Source: an uncultured Flavobacteriaceae bacterium
GTDB lineage: Bacteria > Bacteroidota > Bacteroidia > B-17B0 > Aurantibacillaceae
Assembly: GCA_964387075.1 (NCBI GenBank)
Contig: CAYLVB010000012.1
Coordinates: forward strand, 81,210 to 145,209
Reading direction: 5' to 3'
Length of the DNA: 64,000 bases
Shown: positions 49,750-59,696 of the stretch, one piece after another
How the letters are laid out: every line of letters starts with the position of its first letter
How positions within the stretch are numbered: the stretch's first letter is position 1
Notes under the pieces: model-generated
Told to the model about the DNA's origin: nothing
Database searches by the model: none
Seen by the model: the letters and a program-made list of their open reading frames with translations, nothing else
Translations under genes and position numbers: made by a program

Positions 49750-50674
49750 AGATCGCTTTAAGCCTGTCAGCAAAAATGAAATAGAGGCAGGAGAGTATGA
49801 ACACAGCAAGGGTACTTACCAGCATGATCAGCGTTCGTTTGGGCCATGCAGCTATTACCGGTCGTGTTGGTTTTGATGCCAGTGAGGTAAATGTAGTGTG
49901 GTGGTTGAATTCGGCGAGGCGTTTTTGATAATCGTTATTAGCCCACGCCCAGCCCCGCAATTGATCGTCGAAATAAACGGCCAGTTTACCCTGCTCTACA
50001 CCAAACTTCTTCATGCTTTCAATAAGGCTGCTCAGTTCTGCGTTCTTGCCGCCGGTGGTCCATAATTTATACTGGTTCTTGGCGGCTTCTTTTAACTGCA
50101 CGCCCACATTGATCAACCCATTTTTTTCGCTTAACTCGGTAAGTAACTTCTGCGCGCTGTCAACCTCATGTTTCTTGAACTCGAGGTAAACGCGTGAGTT
50201 CTTAACGGTCTCGAGGTATTTGTCGCGGTGCTCCTTTTCTATGAGCCAATTCACGGCATCAATTACACCGGCAGCTATCATGCGGGCCGAATCAGGGTCG
50301 TTATCTTCTACTTTGATCTCTATCGATTCGTATTTGGTTTGCGTGATGCTTATGCGTTTTTCATAAGCTTCGTCGTAAGCAAATAAATAGATCTTGGAAG
50401 TGGTATCGATGCGGTAATGTTGGTACAGATTGTATTTCTTAGCCACAAATTGCCTGATCTCGCTTGAGTGAAAGAATTGGAGCAACTGCTCTGTTTGAGA
50501 TTCCTCACCGTAAACCGACAGATTGGTTGGGTAAACAAAAGCGGTAGAGCGGTACACAGGCTTGATGAGATAGCAAACCCCAAAGGAAATTACCATCGTT
50601 CCGAGCGCCGCCAGGAGGATGGGGATCCTCTTCTTGTAGAGTTTTCTGAGTATGGTTATGTTCTGATTCAACAT
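49724..50674 (-). CDS. Wzz-like polysaccharide chain-length determinant
   Basis: N-terminal TM, P.YRSTA..YP, coiled coil, WPKR plus C-terminal TM. Confidence 0.82.
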   Translation of the reverse strand: MLNQNITILRKLYKKRIPILLAALGTMVISFGVCYLIKPVYRSTAFVYPTNLSVYGEESQTEQLLQFFHSSEIRQFVAKKYNLYQHYRIDTTSKIYLFAYDEAYEKRISITQTKYESIEIKVEDNDPDSARMIAAGVIDAVNWLIEKEHRDKYLETVKNSRVYLEFKKHEVDSAQKLLTELSEKNGLINVGVQLKEAAKNQYKLWTTGGKNAELSSLIESMKKFGVEQGKLAVYFDDQLRGWAWANNDYQKRLAEFNHHTTFTSLASKPTRPVIAAWPKRTLIMLVSTLAVFILSCLYFIFADRLKAIYEQITSEK

Positions 50675-50818
50675 TTCGAGTATTTCTGATTTTATTTCCT
50701 GTAACCGATCCGGTTCTTTTATCTCTTGTCTTTCTTTTACTTCTTTTTTCTCTTCAACTAGCTCAGGTTCTTTTTCCGGTTTACCTGCTTCCGCTTTTAC
50801 GCGAACAAAAACCGACTT

Positions 50819-51799
50819 TCATTTGTTAATGACCGGTGGCACCTTAATGCTTGCCCAGACCTCGCGCATGCGTGCGGCATAAACAAAATAGAGGCATGCC
50901 AGTACAAAAGCAGAAATAGCGGCCACGCCGGTGATCACGCTTCGTTTAGGCCAGTACTTGGTATCGGGTTTAGAAGGCTCGGAGGCCACGATCATATACG
51001 TAAGCTTTCGACTGAAATCGCGTATCGATTTCGAGAGATCGTTCTCCACAGCGGCATACAAACGGGCTTCTTCCTGGAAGGCGTTGCCTATCCTGAAGAG
51101 CTCTGGGCCATGTTCGGCGATCTCGTTCATGGATTCGGTGATCTTCGGGTTTTCTTTCCCTTCGGCCATCAACTTGTAATAGTTCTGCGCCGCGTACCGC
51201 ATCTGCGATCCCATATCGATCAGGTGGTATTTTTTAGTGAATACCTCCATGCATTGCTGCAGGCTGTCAAGCGTTCTGCGATGCTCCAACAGGTAGGCGC
51301 GGTTCACGTTCACAAACTCATTGAACTTCTTTACGTGTTGTTTGGAAATGGTCTTGTTCACCGCTTCAATGATGCCCTGCGCGATCTTTTGAGCGGTATC
51401 CGGGTCGGTATCCAGAACCGTTAGTTCTATTGACTCGTAACGTGTTTGCGAAGCTTTGATGTTCTCTTCGAAAGCCAGGTTGAAAAGTGTTTTAAAGCGG
51501 GGGTCGGTAGTATCAAGGTCGTAGTGTCTATCGAGGTTGTATTTTTTAAGTACATCGTTGCGTACATCATAAGAGTTAAAGAACTGCAGCAATAGTTCGG
51601 TATGCGAAACGGCATTGTATTGCTGTTCCATGAAGAAAGGGACCATGTTGGCCGGGTAGATATAGGCAAGCGAGCGGTATTTGGGCTTTAGAGCGAAACT
51701 CACCCCAAGGGCAACAATAGCTGCTATGAGAGTGACCAAAAAAATATGCTTTCTTCGGTAAAAAAGAACCCTTAAGATCTCAATGTTGGGTTTGTCCAT
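50819..51799 (-). CDS. Wzz-like polysaccharide chain-length determinant (paralog)
   Basis: Same architecture: PKYRSLAYIYP, TE.LLQFF.S, WPKR. Confidence 0.82.
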   Translation of the reverse strand: MDKPNIEILRVLFYRRKHIFLVTLIAAIVALGVSFALKPKYRSLAYIYPANMVPFFMEQQYNAVSHTELLLQFFNSYDVRNDVLKKYNLDRHYDLDTTDPRFKTLFNLAFEENIKASQTRYESIELTVLDTDPDTAQKIAQGIIEAVNKTISKQHVKKFNEFVNVNRAYLLEHRRTLDSLQQCMEVFTKKYHLIDMGSQMRYAAQNYYKLMAEGKENPKITESMNEIAEHGPELFRIGNAFQEEARLYAAVENDLSKSIRDFSRKLTYMIVASEPSKPDTKYWPKRSVITGVAAISAFVLACLYFVYAARMREVWASIKVPPVINK

Positions 51800-51842
51800 G
51801 TTTTCTTCCTTTTTTTGGGTTTGCTAAGATAGTAAAATGTGT

Positions 51843-53390
51843 TTAATTGTACTTGATAAAACGCATAATGGATTTTAGGCTGATGAGGCCGGTAATGAGG
51901 GCCCAGAGACCCGAAAAAGCGCACATGACCGCTATGCCAAGATACGGGTTCTTGATAAAGGTGGTGCTTACGAAACCTGCCGTAGTAACCCCCGCGGCAA
52001 ACAATACCAGGATAAGGATAATGCGGTAATTGACGCGTAACTTAAAGATCCTGTAGGAAAGAAACACCTGTATCCCGGCCGTAAAGAACTGCGTGATCAG
52101 ACTGGAGATAGCCGCCCCCATTGCCTTGTATTTAGGGATCAGGAGGATGTTGAGTGCAAAGTTGAGACAGATACCGATAATGGCCATCGTGTTGAGCTGC
52201 TTGAGGCTTCCGTTGGCAGTGAGCAGTGATCCGAAAATGTAAGTGGTAGATACCGCTATAAAACACGACATCAGGATGGCGAAGATATTGGCCGAATCGG
52301 TTACCCCGTAATTGATCAGGTACACGAGGTCGGTGCGATAAAAAATGCTTACGGCAGAGGCAATGATGGCGGGTGTAATGAGGAGGGTGAAAGCTAATTT
52401 AACCAGGTTATCGATGCGCTCGTTGAACTTGATCATGCGGCTGAACACGGGGATCAATTGCACCGAGAAAAGATAGGCGATCATGTTGGCGGCATCCAGC
52501 AACCTGAAACCTTTGGCGTAAATACCCGCCTGGGCCGGCCCACTTGTGTTCAAGCTCTGCTCGGCCTGCAAAATAATGCTCTTCACCTCCGGAAGTTTAT
52601 AGTAGGGCATGTGTTTGATCTTCTGGATCAGGAAAAAGACATAGTTATTCTTGTCGGGCAGCAAACGTTCTATCATCACCGCGTCAAGGCGATTGTAAAA
52701 GGTCATCAGTAACACCAATACGGCAAACGGAAAACTCTTCTTGAGTATCATTAGCCAGAAAGGCCAGTTCCAGCTTATCGAAAAACTTTCGGTCTTTTTG
52801 AATACAACCACAAAAGCGATCAGGGCAGTGATCAGGTAGGCTATCGTTTGGGTATACACAAACACCATGATGTCGATGTAAATGCCGGTCACCGTGGTCC
52901 ACAGCAGCAAAGCGCAGAACGTGATCATGATGAAGCGGTCGAGCACCGAAATGAAACTGTCGGTCTTGAAAGCGTGCAGTCCTAAAAGATTAGAACGGAG
53001 GTAGAGGATCATGGAGATGAGGAACTGGTTGATGCCAAGCAGGAACAACAATTTGAGGTAGCGCGTGCTGTAACCAACCGACAAGCCTATGATGAGCGTA
53101 ACGGTAATATAAACTACCCCAAGCAGTATCTTTAGCAGGAAAAGCCCCGAAAAATGTTTTTCGAGCAGGTGGTTGTTCTGCGCGATGTTCTTGTTATTGA
53201 AATTGGTGATACCAAAATCGAGCAGGATGTTGAGCAGGAAGGAGAAATTGAAAAGCACAAAGTATTCGCCATAGGCAGCGTTACCCACCTGGAACTGCAC
53301 GTTGGGTTCTATCACCAGGATCCAGAACGGCTTGATAAGCAGGTTCAGGAAGATGAGAATAGCTAAATTAGTAACGAATTGCCTTTGCAT
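51843..53390 (-). CDS. Oligosaccharide flippase (Wzx family)
   Basis: NLLIKPFW, YGEYF, LDFGI, PFA...LM..Y.R.D..M, AGIY, LN.LLIP.Y...GAA. Confidence 0.9.
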   Translation of the reverse strand: MQRQFVTNLAILIFLNLLIKPFWILVIEPNVQFQVGNAAYGEYFVLFNFSFLLNILLDFGITNFNNKNIAQNNHLLEKHFSGLFLLKILLGVVYITVTLIIGLSVGYSTRYLKLLFLLGINQFLISMILYLRSNLLGLHAFKTDSFISVLDRFIMITFCALLLWTTVTGIYIDIMVFVYTQTIAYLITALIAFVVVFKKTESFSISWNWPFWLMILKKSFPFAVLVLLMTFYNRLDAVMIERLLPDKNNYVFFLIQKIKHMPYYKLPEVKSIILQAEQSLNTSGPAQAGIYAKGFRLLDAANMIAYLFSVQLIPVFSRMIKFNERIDNLVKLAFTLLITPAIIASAVSIFYRTDLVYLINYGVTDSANIFAILMSCFIAVSTTYIFGSLLTANGSLKQLNTMAIIGICLNFALNILLIPKYKAMGAAISSLITQFFTAGIQVFLSYRIFKLRVNYRIILILVLFAAGVTTAGFVSTTFIKNPYLGIAVMCAFSGLWALITGLISLKSIMRFIKYN

Positions 53391-53509
53391 AAAGGACGGC
53401 GAATATAGCAATTTGGATCGTAAATAGAAAGCTTAAAATCACCGTTTTACGCCTATTTTGTTTAATTTCGCGGCCATACACTATTTCGCTGGATTGTGCG
53501 TTATAGCGG

Positions 53510-53546
53510 GTTAAGTTTCAAGTTGAAAGTTAGAAGTTAAAAGATT
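53510..53546. repeat. Heptameric tandem repeat
   Basis: gttaa-gtttcaa-gttgaaa-gttagaa-gttaaaa. Confidence 0.55.
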
Positions 53547-54717
53547 GAAGCGTGAGGAAGAAGAGTTCGTGGATAATAAATCAGAAAGCTGCCATCTGAA
53601 AATCGTCGTAAATACGCGCTTATTATTACCCGGCCGCCTTGATGGCATTGGCTGGTTCAGCTATCAATCACTTAAACGGATTACGCAGCAGCATCCCGAG
53701 GTACATTTTGTTTTTTTGTTCGACAGGCCTTACGACCCGCAATTTGTTTTTGGTGAAAACGTAACGCCTATGGTGCTATGGCCTCCGGCCCGACATCCAT
53801 TCCTTTTTTATTACTGGATGCAATTCTCGGTAAAGCCTTTCTTAAATAAATTCAAGCCCGATCTTTTTCTTTCGCAGGATGGATTCCTCGCCCTGGGAGC
53901 CACTTGCAAACAATTGCCGGTGATACACGACATCAATTTCAAACATTACCCGCAGGACCTTCCATTTTGGGTGCGGAATTACTACAATCGGTTCTTCCCC
54001 AGGTTCGCTAAAGCCGCGACCCGAATTGCTACTGTTTCTGAATTCAGTAAAGACGATATCAGTAAGAACTATGGCATCGATCCTTCAAATATTGACGTGG
54101 TATATAACGGCATCAACGAGTTCTTTGCCCCGGTTGATGAAAAGATCAAGCAAAGCGTGCGCGACAAGTACGCGAAGGGTTGTCCGTATTTTATTTTCGT
54201 GGGCTCTTTAAGTCCAAGAAAAAATATTGCACGATTGATCCAGGCTTTTCATGCTTTCAAAAAGGAGAGTGGTTCGAACATGAAACTGGTTTTAGCCGGC
54301 GCTATCTTTTGGGGAGAGGATGAATTGATCAAGCTCATGAAGCAATTGCAGATCGAAGACGAGATCATTTTCACAGGCCGTGTTCCCGATGGTGCTATGC
54401 GCGATATTGTGGGCTCCGCTTTTGCGCTTACCTACGTTCCTTATTTTGAAGGTTTCGGAATTCCATTGGTGGAAGCGATGCAGTGTGGTATTCCTATTAT
54501 CTCCGCTAATGTTTCTTCTTTGCCTGAAGTGGCGGGCGAGGCAGCTCTCTATTGCGATCCTTTCAACATTGATGAGATCAAGAACGCCATGCTTAAAATG
54601 CACCGCGACAAAGAACTCCGCGATATCCTCATCCAAAAAGGACTCGAACAAAAGAATAAGTTCTCGTGGGAAAGAACGGCGGATCTGCTTTGGAAGAGTA
54701 TTGAGAGGGCGGTTTAA
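53545..54717 (+). CDS. Glycosyltransferase family 4
   Basis: KIVVNTR...DGIGW, IHD, VGSLSPRKN, EGFGIPLVEAM. Start may be CTG 53596. Confidence 0.92.
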   Translation: MKREEEEFVDNKSESCHLKIVVNTRLLLPGRLDGIGWFSYQSLKRITQQHPEVHFVFLFDRPYDPQFVFGENVTPMVLWPPARHPFLFYYWMQFSVKPFLNKFKPDLFLSQDGFLALGATCKQLPVIHDINFKHYPQDLPFWVRNYYNRFFPRFAKAATRIATVSEFSKDDISKNYGIDPSNIDVVYNGINEFFAPVDEKIKQSVRDKYAKGCPYFIFVGSLSPRKNIARLIQAFHAFKKESGSNMKLVLAGAIFWGEDELIKLMKQLQIEDEIIFTGRVPDGAMRDIVGSAFALTYVPYFEGFGIPLVEAMQCGIPIISANVSSLPEVAGEAALYCDPFNIDEIKNAMLKMHRDKELRDILIQKGLEQKNKFSWERTADLLWKSIERAV

Positions 54718-54756
54718 AATTTTCTTAAAGCGACATTAATTTTCTCAAAGGCCAGC

Positions 54757-55263
54757 ATGATGAATAACCTTTCCTATCGCGTCGGAACAATTAAGGATGT
54801 TGACCAATTACAAAACCTTGGTAAAAATGCATATGGACAATTTCAAAATGCATTGACTCCGGACAATTGGAAAATATTCAACGGCAATTTGAAAGACAAG
54901 CAAAAATTTATTGACATACTTAATATTGCCAAGTGCTTCGTTTGTCTTGACCAGGAAGAAATAGTTGGCGTTGCTTATATAATTCCAAGTGGTAACCCAA
55001 CAGATCTATTCAAATCTGAATGGTCTTACATTAGAATGGTTGGGGTTGATCCAAAATATAGAGGGCAAGGCATTGCAAAAACGCTCACGCAAATGTGCAT
55101 TGACTTCGCCAAACATAACAATGAAAAAACCATTGCTTTACACACTGCAGAGTTCATGGACGCGGCCAGGCATATTTATGAAAGCATGGGTTTTACTATT
55201 CTTAAAGAAATTCCACCTTTGTTTGGTAAAAAATATTGGCTGTACACGCTAGCCCTGGATTGA
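54757..55263 (+). CDS. GNAT family N-acetyltransferase
   Basis: VGVDPKYRGQGIAK motif A, LHT....AARHIYESMGF. Confidence 0.92.
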   Translation: MMNNLSYRVGTIKDVDQLQNLGKNAYGQFQNALTPDNWKIFNGNLKDKQKFIDILNIAKCFVCLDQEEIVGVAYIIPSGNPTDLFKSEWSYIRMVGVDPKYRGQGIAKTLTQMCIDFAKHNNEKTIALHTAEFMDAARHIYESMGFTILKEIPPLFGKKYWLYTLALD

Positions 55264-55289
55264 AAAACTGCACAGAGTCATCAGCAGAT

Positions 55290-57827
55290 CTAAAACGGAT
55301 ACCCAATACCAAAATTGGTAATAAAAGAAGATAAGAACCCGCGACCAAACATCCATCTTGATCCTACCGGATTAGCGGGGTTTCGTACCTGGAAGGCTCC
55401 GTCAATTCGAATAATGAAGAAGGAAAAGTCGGCGCGGATACCTACGCCGGTGCCGCCCGCGAACTCGGTGTAAAAACGCGTGGGGTCGAATTCTCCGCCA
55501 GGTTTATTGGCATTTTTCTGGCGCAACCAAACATTTCCCATATCAATAAAGTAGGCCCCGTTAATGAATTTATAAATATTGAAACGGAACTCGAAGTTTG
55601 CTTCCAATTGTATGTCGCCCAATTTATCGAAGGTATTATCAATGATCGTGTTTCCCTGCGGATCGGTGTATTTTCCGTTATAAGCACCGGGACCAACAGT
55701 TCTGGCCTTCCATGCGCGAATGGAGTTTGGTCCGCCCGCGAAGAAGCTTTTCTCATAAGGTAATACGTTCAAATTCTCAAGCGCGTAACCCATACCTCCG
55801 TAGGCCCTGAACACAAAACGGCCCAATTGTTTCACGGTCTTGTACGTACGCACATCTAGGTCGCCCCGTAAGAACTGCGCGAAGGGCATGCCCAGCAAAT
55901 AATACCTGCCCAAACTATCTTTTTGCGCGCCCTGCGCGTTATTGATGGCGCGAAGAATATTGCCGGATGACTCCAGGTTCGCTTTCAGGTACATGGAGGC
56001 CTGGAAGAAGTTCTTTTCCTCCACGCTCTGGTTGTTGAACATAAAAGAATAACGCGATACGGTAGTAACGTGGCTCGCGAAACTATTCTTGAGGAATAGG
56101 TTACCGGTACTGGTCAGCTGCTTATTGAAAGCGTCACTCAGGTTGGCATCAATGAAGTTGATCTCCAGGGGCACCACGTAATGGCGCGTATGCACTTTTC
56201 CGTTGAACTGCAGACCGTAATTGATATTTGATAAAGTACGGGCGTACTGATTATTCTGCTGGAAGCTCAGTGAGGTGCCTATGATGGTCTTTGGTTGCGC
56301 GTTGGAGTAATAATCTATCAGCGTGAAAGGAAAAAGCGGCTTTGGAATGTTCAAATTCACCTCCGGACCAAATTGTACGGTATTGAAGGCCTTCAATAGA
56401 GGAATTCCAAAAGTATTATCAGATTCGGCTACATTGAAATTCTTCTGCGCGATGAGGCCTCCATTCAGTTTTACCTCCAAAAGCTCCGAGCCCTTGAAGG
56501 TATTCCGGTTGTGATAGGTAATGCTGGCTGCCATGCCATTGTTGCCTGAAGTCGTGGTTAACTCTGTTTCAATACCGAAATTCTGTTTTATCAGGGGCGA
56601 CATCAAAATGTAGCAATCCAGCTTATCCTGCTCCAGGTCGTTGATCTTGAACGTTACATTGATGCTTTTGAAGGCTTTCAAGCCCGATAAACGGTTATAG
56701 GTTTCTTCTACAATATCGTAATTGAACAATTGGTCTTTGAAGAACAGGATCTTATTGGCGATATCCTTGCGGCGGTAATTGAGGTGTTTGTTGTAAAGAA
56801 AGGTCACATCCTTATACACCGAAGTGTCGCTATAGCTTTGGTTACGGTTAAAGATATCGTAATCGGTGATCACATAGATGTTCTTGATATTGTAGCGGGT
56901 GTGATCGGCGAACAGAACCGTATCGTGATTGTATTCAGGTCGGTAAGCGTAGCGTTTCACATTCACTTCCACGTCCAGGTAATTTCCTTCCATATTGGTG
57001 TCAACCATCATGAAGATAGATTCCGGCCCGAAACGGTAATACCCGTTATCGCGCTGAAAGCGAACCATGCGCTCGCGCTCTTTGGTAAGCACATCGGCAT
57101 CGTAGCGCATGCCGCGCTTCAGCAAGGAATGGATGCTGTCCTGGAAAATGAAATACTGCAGGTGCTGGTCTTCAATGTTATACTTGACGTTGCGAATGAC
57201 TGTTGGTTGACCCGCGTTGATACGGTAATACACTTCAGCGTCTTTTCGCTTATGTTGAAATTTTACGGTGTCGGTCACTTTTGCCTGGAAATAACCCTTT
57301 GTGTACAGGAAGCGCTGGATATTATCGCGGCTTAGTTTGATGAGCGATGAATCAAGAATGGCGGGAGGCTCGCCGCTTTGCACCCAGCTTTCACGCCAGG
57401 TGGGCTCGTTCTTGTCTTTGAATTTTACCGGCTTTGGTTTTTTGCCTTTGGCCTTGCGTTTTTCGTTCTCCTTATCGTTCTTTATTTTGCGTTTGGCGTT
57501 TATCTCGTCGTATTTTTTATCACGTTTCTCTTTGTGCTGCTGCATTTTCACCGGGTCGATGGAGTTATAGAGCCAGAGGTGGTAGGGAAAGAGCTCGAGT
57601 TTGAGCGGTTTGATGGTGAGCAGGTAGCGGTTAGGCTGCTGGCGTATAAAGGGCAGGATCTCTTCTTCGGGCACCTGGGTGGTATTGTTAACGATGTGGT
57701 TCTCGTCGAGGAAATACTCACCTTCCTTCATGTGTTTTTTGATATGGCAGGAAGAAAAAAACAGGCATAGCAAGCCAAGGGATAATAATGCCCCGTGTTT
57801 TTTTAGTATTTTGTACCCGCTTTTCAC
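55290..57827 (-). CDS. BamA/TamA family outer-membrane protein (TamL-like lipoprotein)
   Basis: Lipobox FSSC, POTRA-like repeats (GYF.A, GYY.F), FFAGGPNSIRAW, D.GNVW, terminal FGIGYPF. Confidence 0.9.
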   Translation of the reverse strand: MKSGYKILKKHGALLSLGLLCLFFSSCHIKKHMKEGEYFLDENHIVNNTTQVPEEEILPFIRQQPNRYLLTIKPLKLELFPYHLWLYNSIDPVKMQQHKEKRDKKYDEINAKRKIKNDKENEKRKAKGKKPKPVKFKDKNEPTWRESWVQSGEPPAILDSSLIKLSRDNIQRFLYTKGYFQAKVTDTVKFQHKRKDAEVYYRINAGQPTVIRNVKYNIEDQHLQYFIFQDSIHSLLKRGMRYDADVLTKERERMVRFQRDNGYYRFGPESIFMMVDTNMEGNYLDVEVNVKRYAYRPEYNHDTVLFADHTRYNIKNIYVITDYDIFNRNQSYSDTSVYKDVTFLYNKHLNYRRKDIANKILFFKDQLFNYDIVEETYNRLSGLKAFKSINVTFKINDLEQDKLDCYILMSPLIKQNFGIETELTTTSGNNGMAASITYHNRNTFKGSELLEVKLNGGLIAQKNFNVAESDNTFGIPLLKAFNTVQFGPEVNLNIPKPLFPFTLIDYYSNAQPKTIIGTSLSFQQNNQYARTLSNINYGLQFNGKVHTRHYVVPLEINFIDANLSDAFNKQLTSTGNLFLKNSFASHVTTVSRYSFMFNNQSVEEKNFFQASMYLKANLESSGNILRAINNAQGAQKDSLGRYYLLGMPFAQFLRGDLDVRTYKTVKQLGRFVFRAYGGMGYALENLNVLPYEKSFFAGGPNSIRAWKARTVGPGAYNGKYTDPQGNTIIDNTFDKLGDIQLEANFEFRFNIYKFINGAYFIDMGNVWLRQKNANKPGGEFDPTRFYTEFAGGTGVGIRADFSFFIIRIDGAFQVRNPANPVGSRWMFGRGFLSSFITNFGIGYPF

Positions 57828-57859
57828 CTAAGAACTGCGAAATTAATGGCAAAGGGCCT

Positions 57860-58624
57860 ATGTTGAGTAAAAACCAGGTTAAAAACATAAACAACCTGCA
57901 CCTGAAAAAGTTCAGGAGCAAGCAGGCCTTGTTCCTTGCCGAAGGCCCTAAAGTGGTGGAGGAGTTCCTGCATTCCGATATAAAAATAACAGAAATTTAC
58001 GGCCTTGAGAAATGGATAGAGCGCAATATTACCGTGCTCATGCAAAAAGACTGCAAATACACGGTTATTGACGATAAAGCGCTGGCTTCTATTAGTGCAT
58101 TACAGGCTCCTAACGAAGTTCTGGCCATCTGTAAAGAACCTGAATATGGCATCTCTTCTATAGATAAAAAGGCAAGTTTGTTCCTTTATCTCGATGGCAT
58201 CTCCGATCCCGGCAATATGGGCACCATTATGCGCATGGCCGAATGGTTTGGGCTAAACCAGCTATTCTGCTCCGAAAATTGCGCCGATATCTATAATCCC
58301 AAGGTCGTGCAAAGCACCATGGGCTCGCTGGCCCGTGTTAAGACCTTTTACATAGCTTTAGAGAAGCTCAAAGGACAATTAGGAGCCAAAAATGTGCTTG
58401 GCGCTACGCTCAACGGAGAAAATATTTACAAATACCAATTTCCCGAGAAAGCCATCCTGGTTATAGGCAGCGAGAGTCATGGCATTAGCGAAGAAAACCT
58501 ACAACAATTGAGCAAAAGGATCACGATCCCAAAGGCAAATGGTGTGCAAACCGAGTCGTTAAATGCAGCTACGGCAACATCTATTCTGTTGTCTGAATTC
58601 TTTCGGAGTTCGAACTTCAAGTAA
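57860..58624 (+). CDS. TrmH/SpoU family RNA methyltransferase
   Basis: DPGNMGTIMR, IGSESHGIS, ESLNAA. Confidence 0.92.
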   Translation: MLSKNQVKNINNLHLKKFRSKQALFLAEGPKVVEEFLHSDIKITEIYGLEKWIERNITVLMQKDCKYTVIDDKALASISALQAPNEVLAICKEPEYGISSIDKKASLFLYLDGISDPGNMGTIMRMAEWFGLNQLFCSENCADIYNPKVVQSTMGSLARVKTFYIALEKLKGQLGAKNVLGATLNGENIYKYQFPEKAILVIGSESHGISEENLQQLSKRITIPKANGVQTESLNAATATSILLSEFFRSSNFK

Positions 58625-58669
58625 CCGGTTATTGGTTATACGTTAAGCGTTAGACTGTATAGCGTCCTC

Positions 58670-58708
58670 AAAATTTGTAAATTCGTATCAAATTCGTAAT
58701 TCGTATCA
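58670..58708. repeat. ATTCGTA short tandem repeats
   Basis: aatttgtaa-attcgtatca-aattcgta-attcgtatca, just upstream of a TATTTTTG box (58719-58726). Confidence 0.55.
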
Positions 58709-58746
58709 GGGGGATTTGTATTTTTGCCTCCACAATAAGTAAAAAC

Positions 58747-59631
58747 ATGTCTTTACACACAAAATTCAAAGGAACCGGTGTCGCCATTGTTACGCCATTT
58801 GACAGTAACGGCGACATTGACTTTAAAGGATTGACCAGCCTCATCAACCATCTTATCAAGGGCAAGGTAGAATACCTGGTGGTAATGGGTACAACCGGCG
58901 AGAGCGCCACCCTCAATAAGGAAGAAAAGAAGAAGCTGATAGAGCATGTGGTGAAAACGAACAAGAAACGTGTTCCGTTGGTTTTAGGCATTGGCGGGAA
59001 CGATACACGCGATGTAATTGAAACGATCAAGCATACAAACCTGAAAGAGTTCGACGCCATCCTTTCGGTTTCTCCGTATTACAACAAACCTTCGCAGCGC
59101 GGTATTTACGAGCATTACAAAGCCATTGCGAAATCAACTAAAAAACCAATTATCCTGTATAACGTTCCCGGCCGCACATCTTCGAACGTGACCGCGGACA
59201 CCACGTTGAAGCTGGCGCGTAAATTCAGCAATATCATCGCGGTTAAAGAAGCTTCGGGTAACCTCGAGCAATGCATGGCCATCATCGAGAATAAGCCAAA
59301 AGATTTCCTGGTTATCAGCGGCGATGATAACTTAACACTGCCTTTATTGGCTTGCGGTGCCGATGGAGTAATTTCTGTTGTAGCCAACGCTTTCCCCAAA
59401 GATTTCTCAGACATGGTGCGCAGTGGACTGAAAGGTGATTTTGCTACGGCCCGCAAATTGCATTACAAAACGTTTGAGATCACGCAGCAATTGTTTGCCG
59501 ATGGTAACCCCGGAGGTGTAAAGCACGCGCTTCAGTTACTGAAAGTTTGTGGTCCGCACCTGCGTTTGCCATTGGTTGAACCCAATGAAGCCGTGCAAAA
59601 GCGTTTGAAGGAGCTTGTAACTAACTACTGA
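58747..59631 (+). CDS. dapA: 4-hydroxy-tetrahydrodipicolinate synthase
   Basis: GTTGES, PYYNKP, LYNVPGRT, KEASG, SGDD. Confidence 0.97.
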   Translation: MSLHTKFKGTGVAIVTPFDSNGDIDFKGLTSLINHLIKGKVEYLVVMGTTGESATLNKEEKKKLIEHVVKTNKKRVPLVLGIGGNDTRDVIETIKHTNLKEFDAILSVSPYYNKPSQRGIYEHYKAIAKSTKKPIILYNVPGRTSSNVTADTTLKLARKFSNIIAVKEASGNLEQCMAIIENKPKDFLVISGDDNLTLPLLACGADGVISVVANAFPKDFSDMVRSGLKGDFATARKLHYKTFEITQQLFADGNPGGVKHALQLLKVCGPHLRLPLVEPNEAVQKRLKELVTNY

Positions 59632-59688
59632 GGGATTGCTTCGCCAGTGGCCTCGCAATGACGTTAAATCGGTGACCTCGCAATAACG
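59632..59688. repeat. GATTGC/GCAATGAC REP-like palindrome plus a partial second copy
   Basis: GGGATTGCTTCG...CCTCGCAATGACG, then CCTCGCAATAACG. Confidence 0.65.
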
Positions 59689-59696
59689 TTTAAAAG

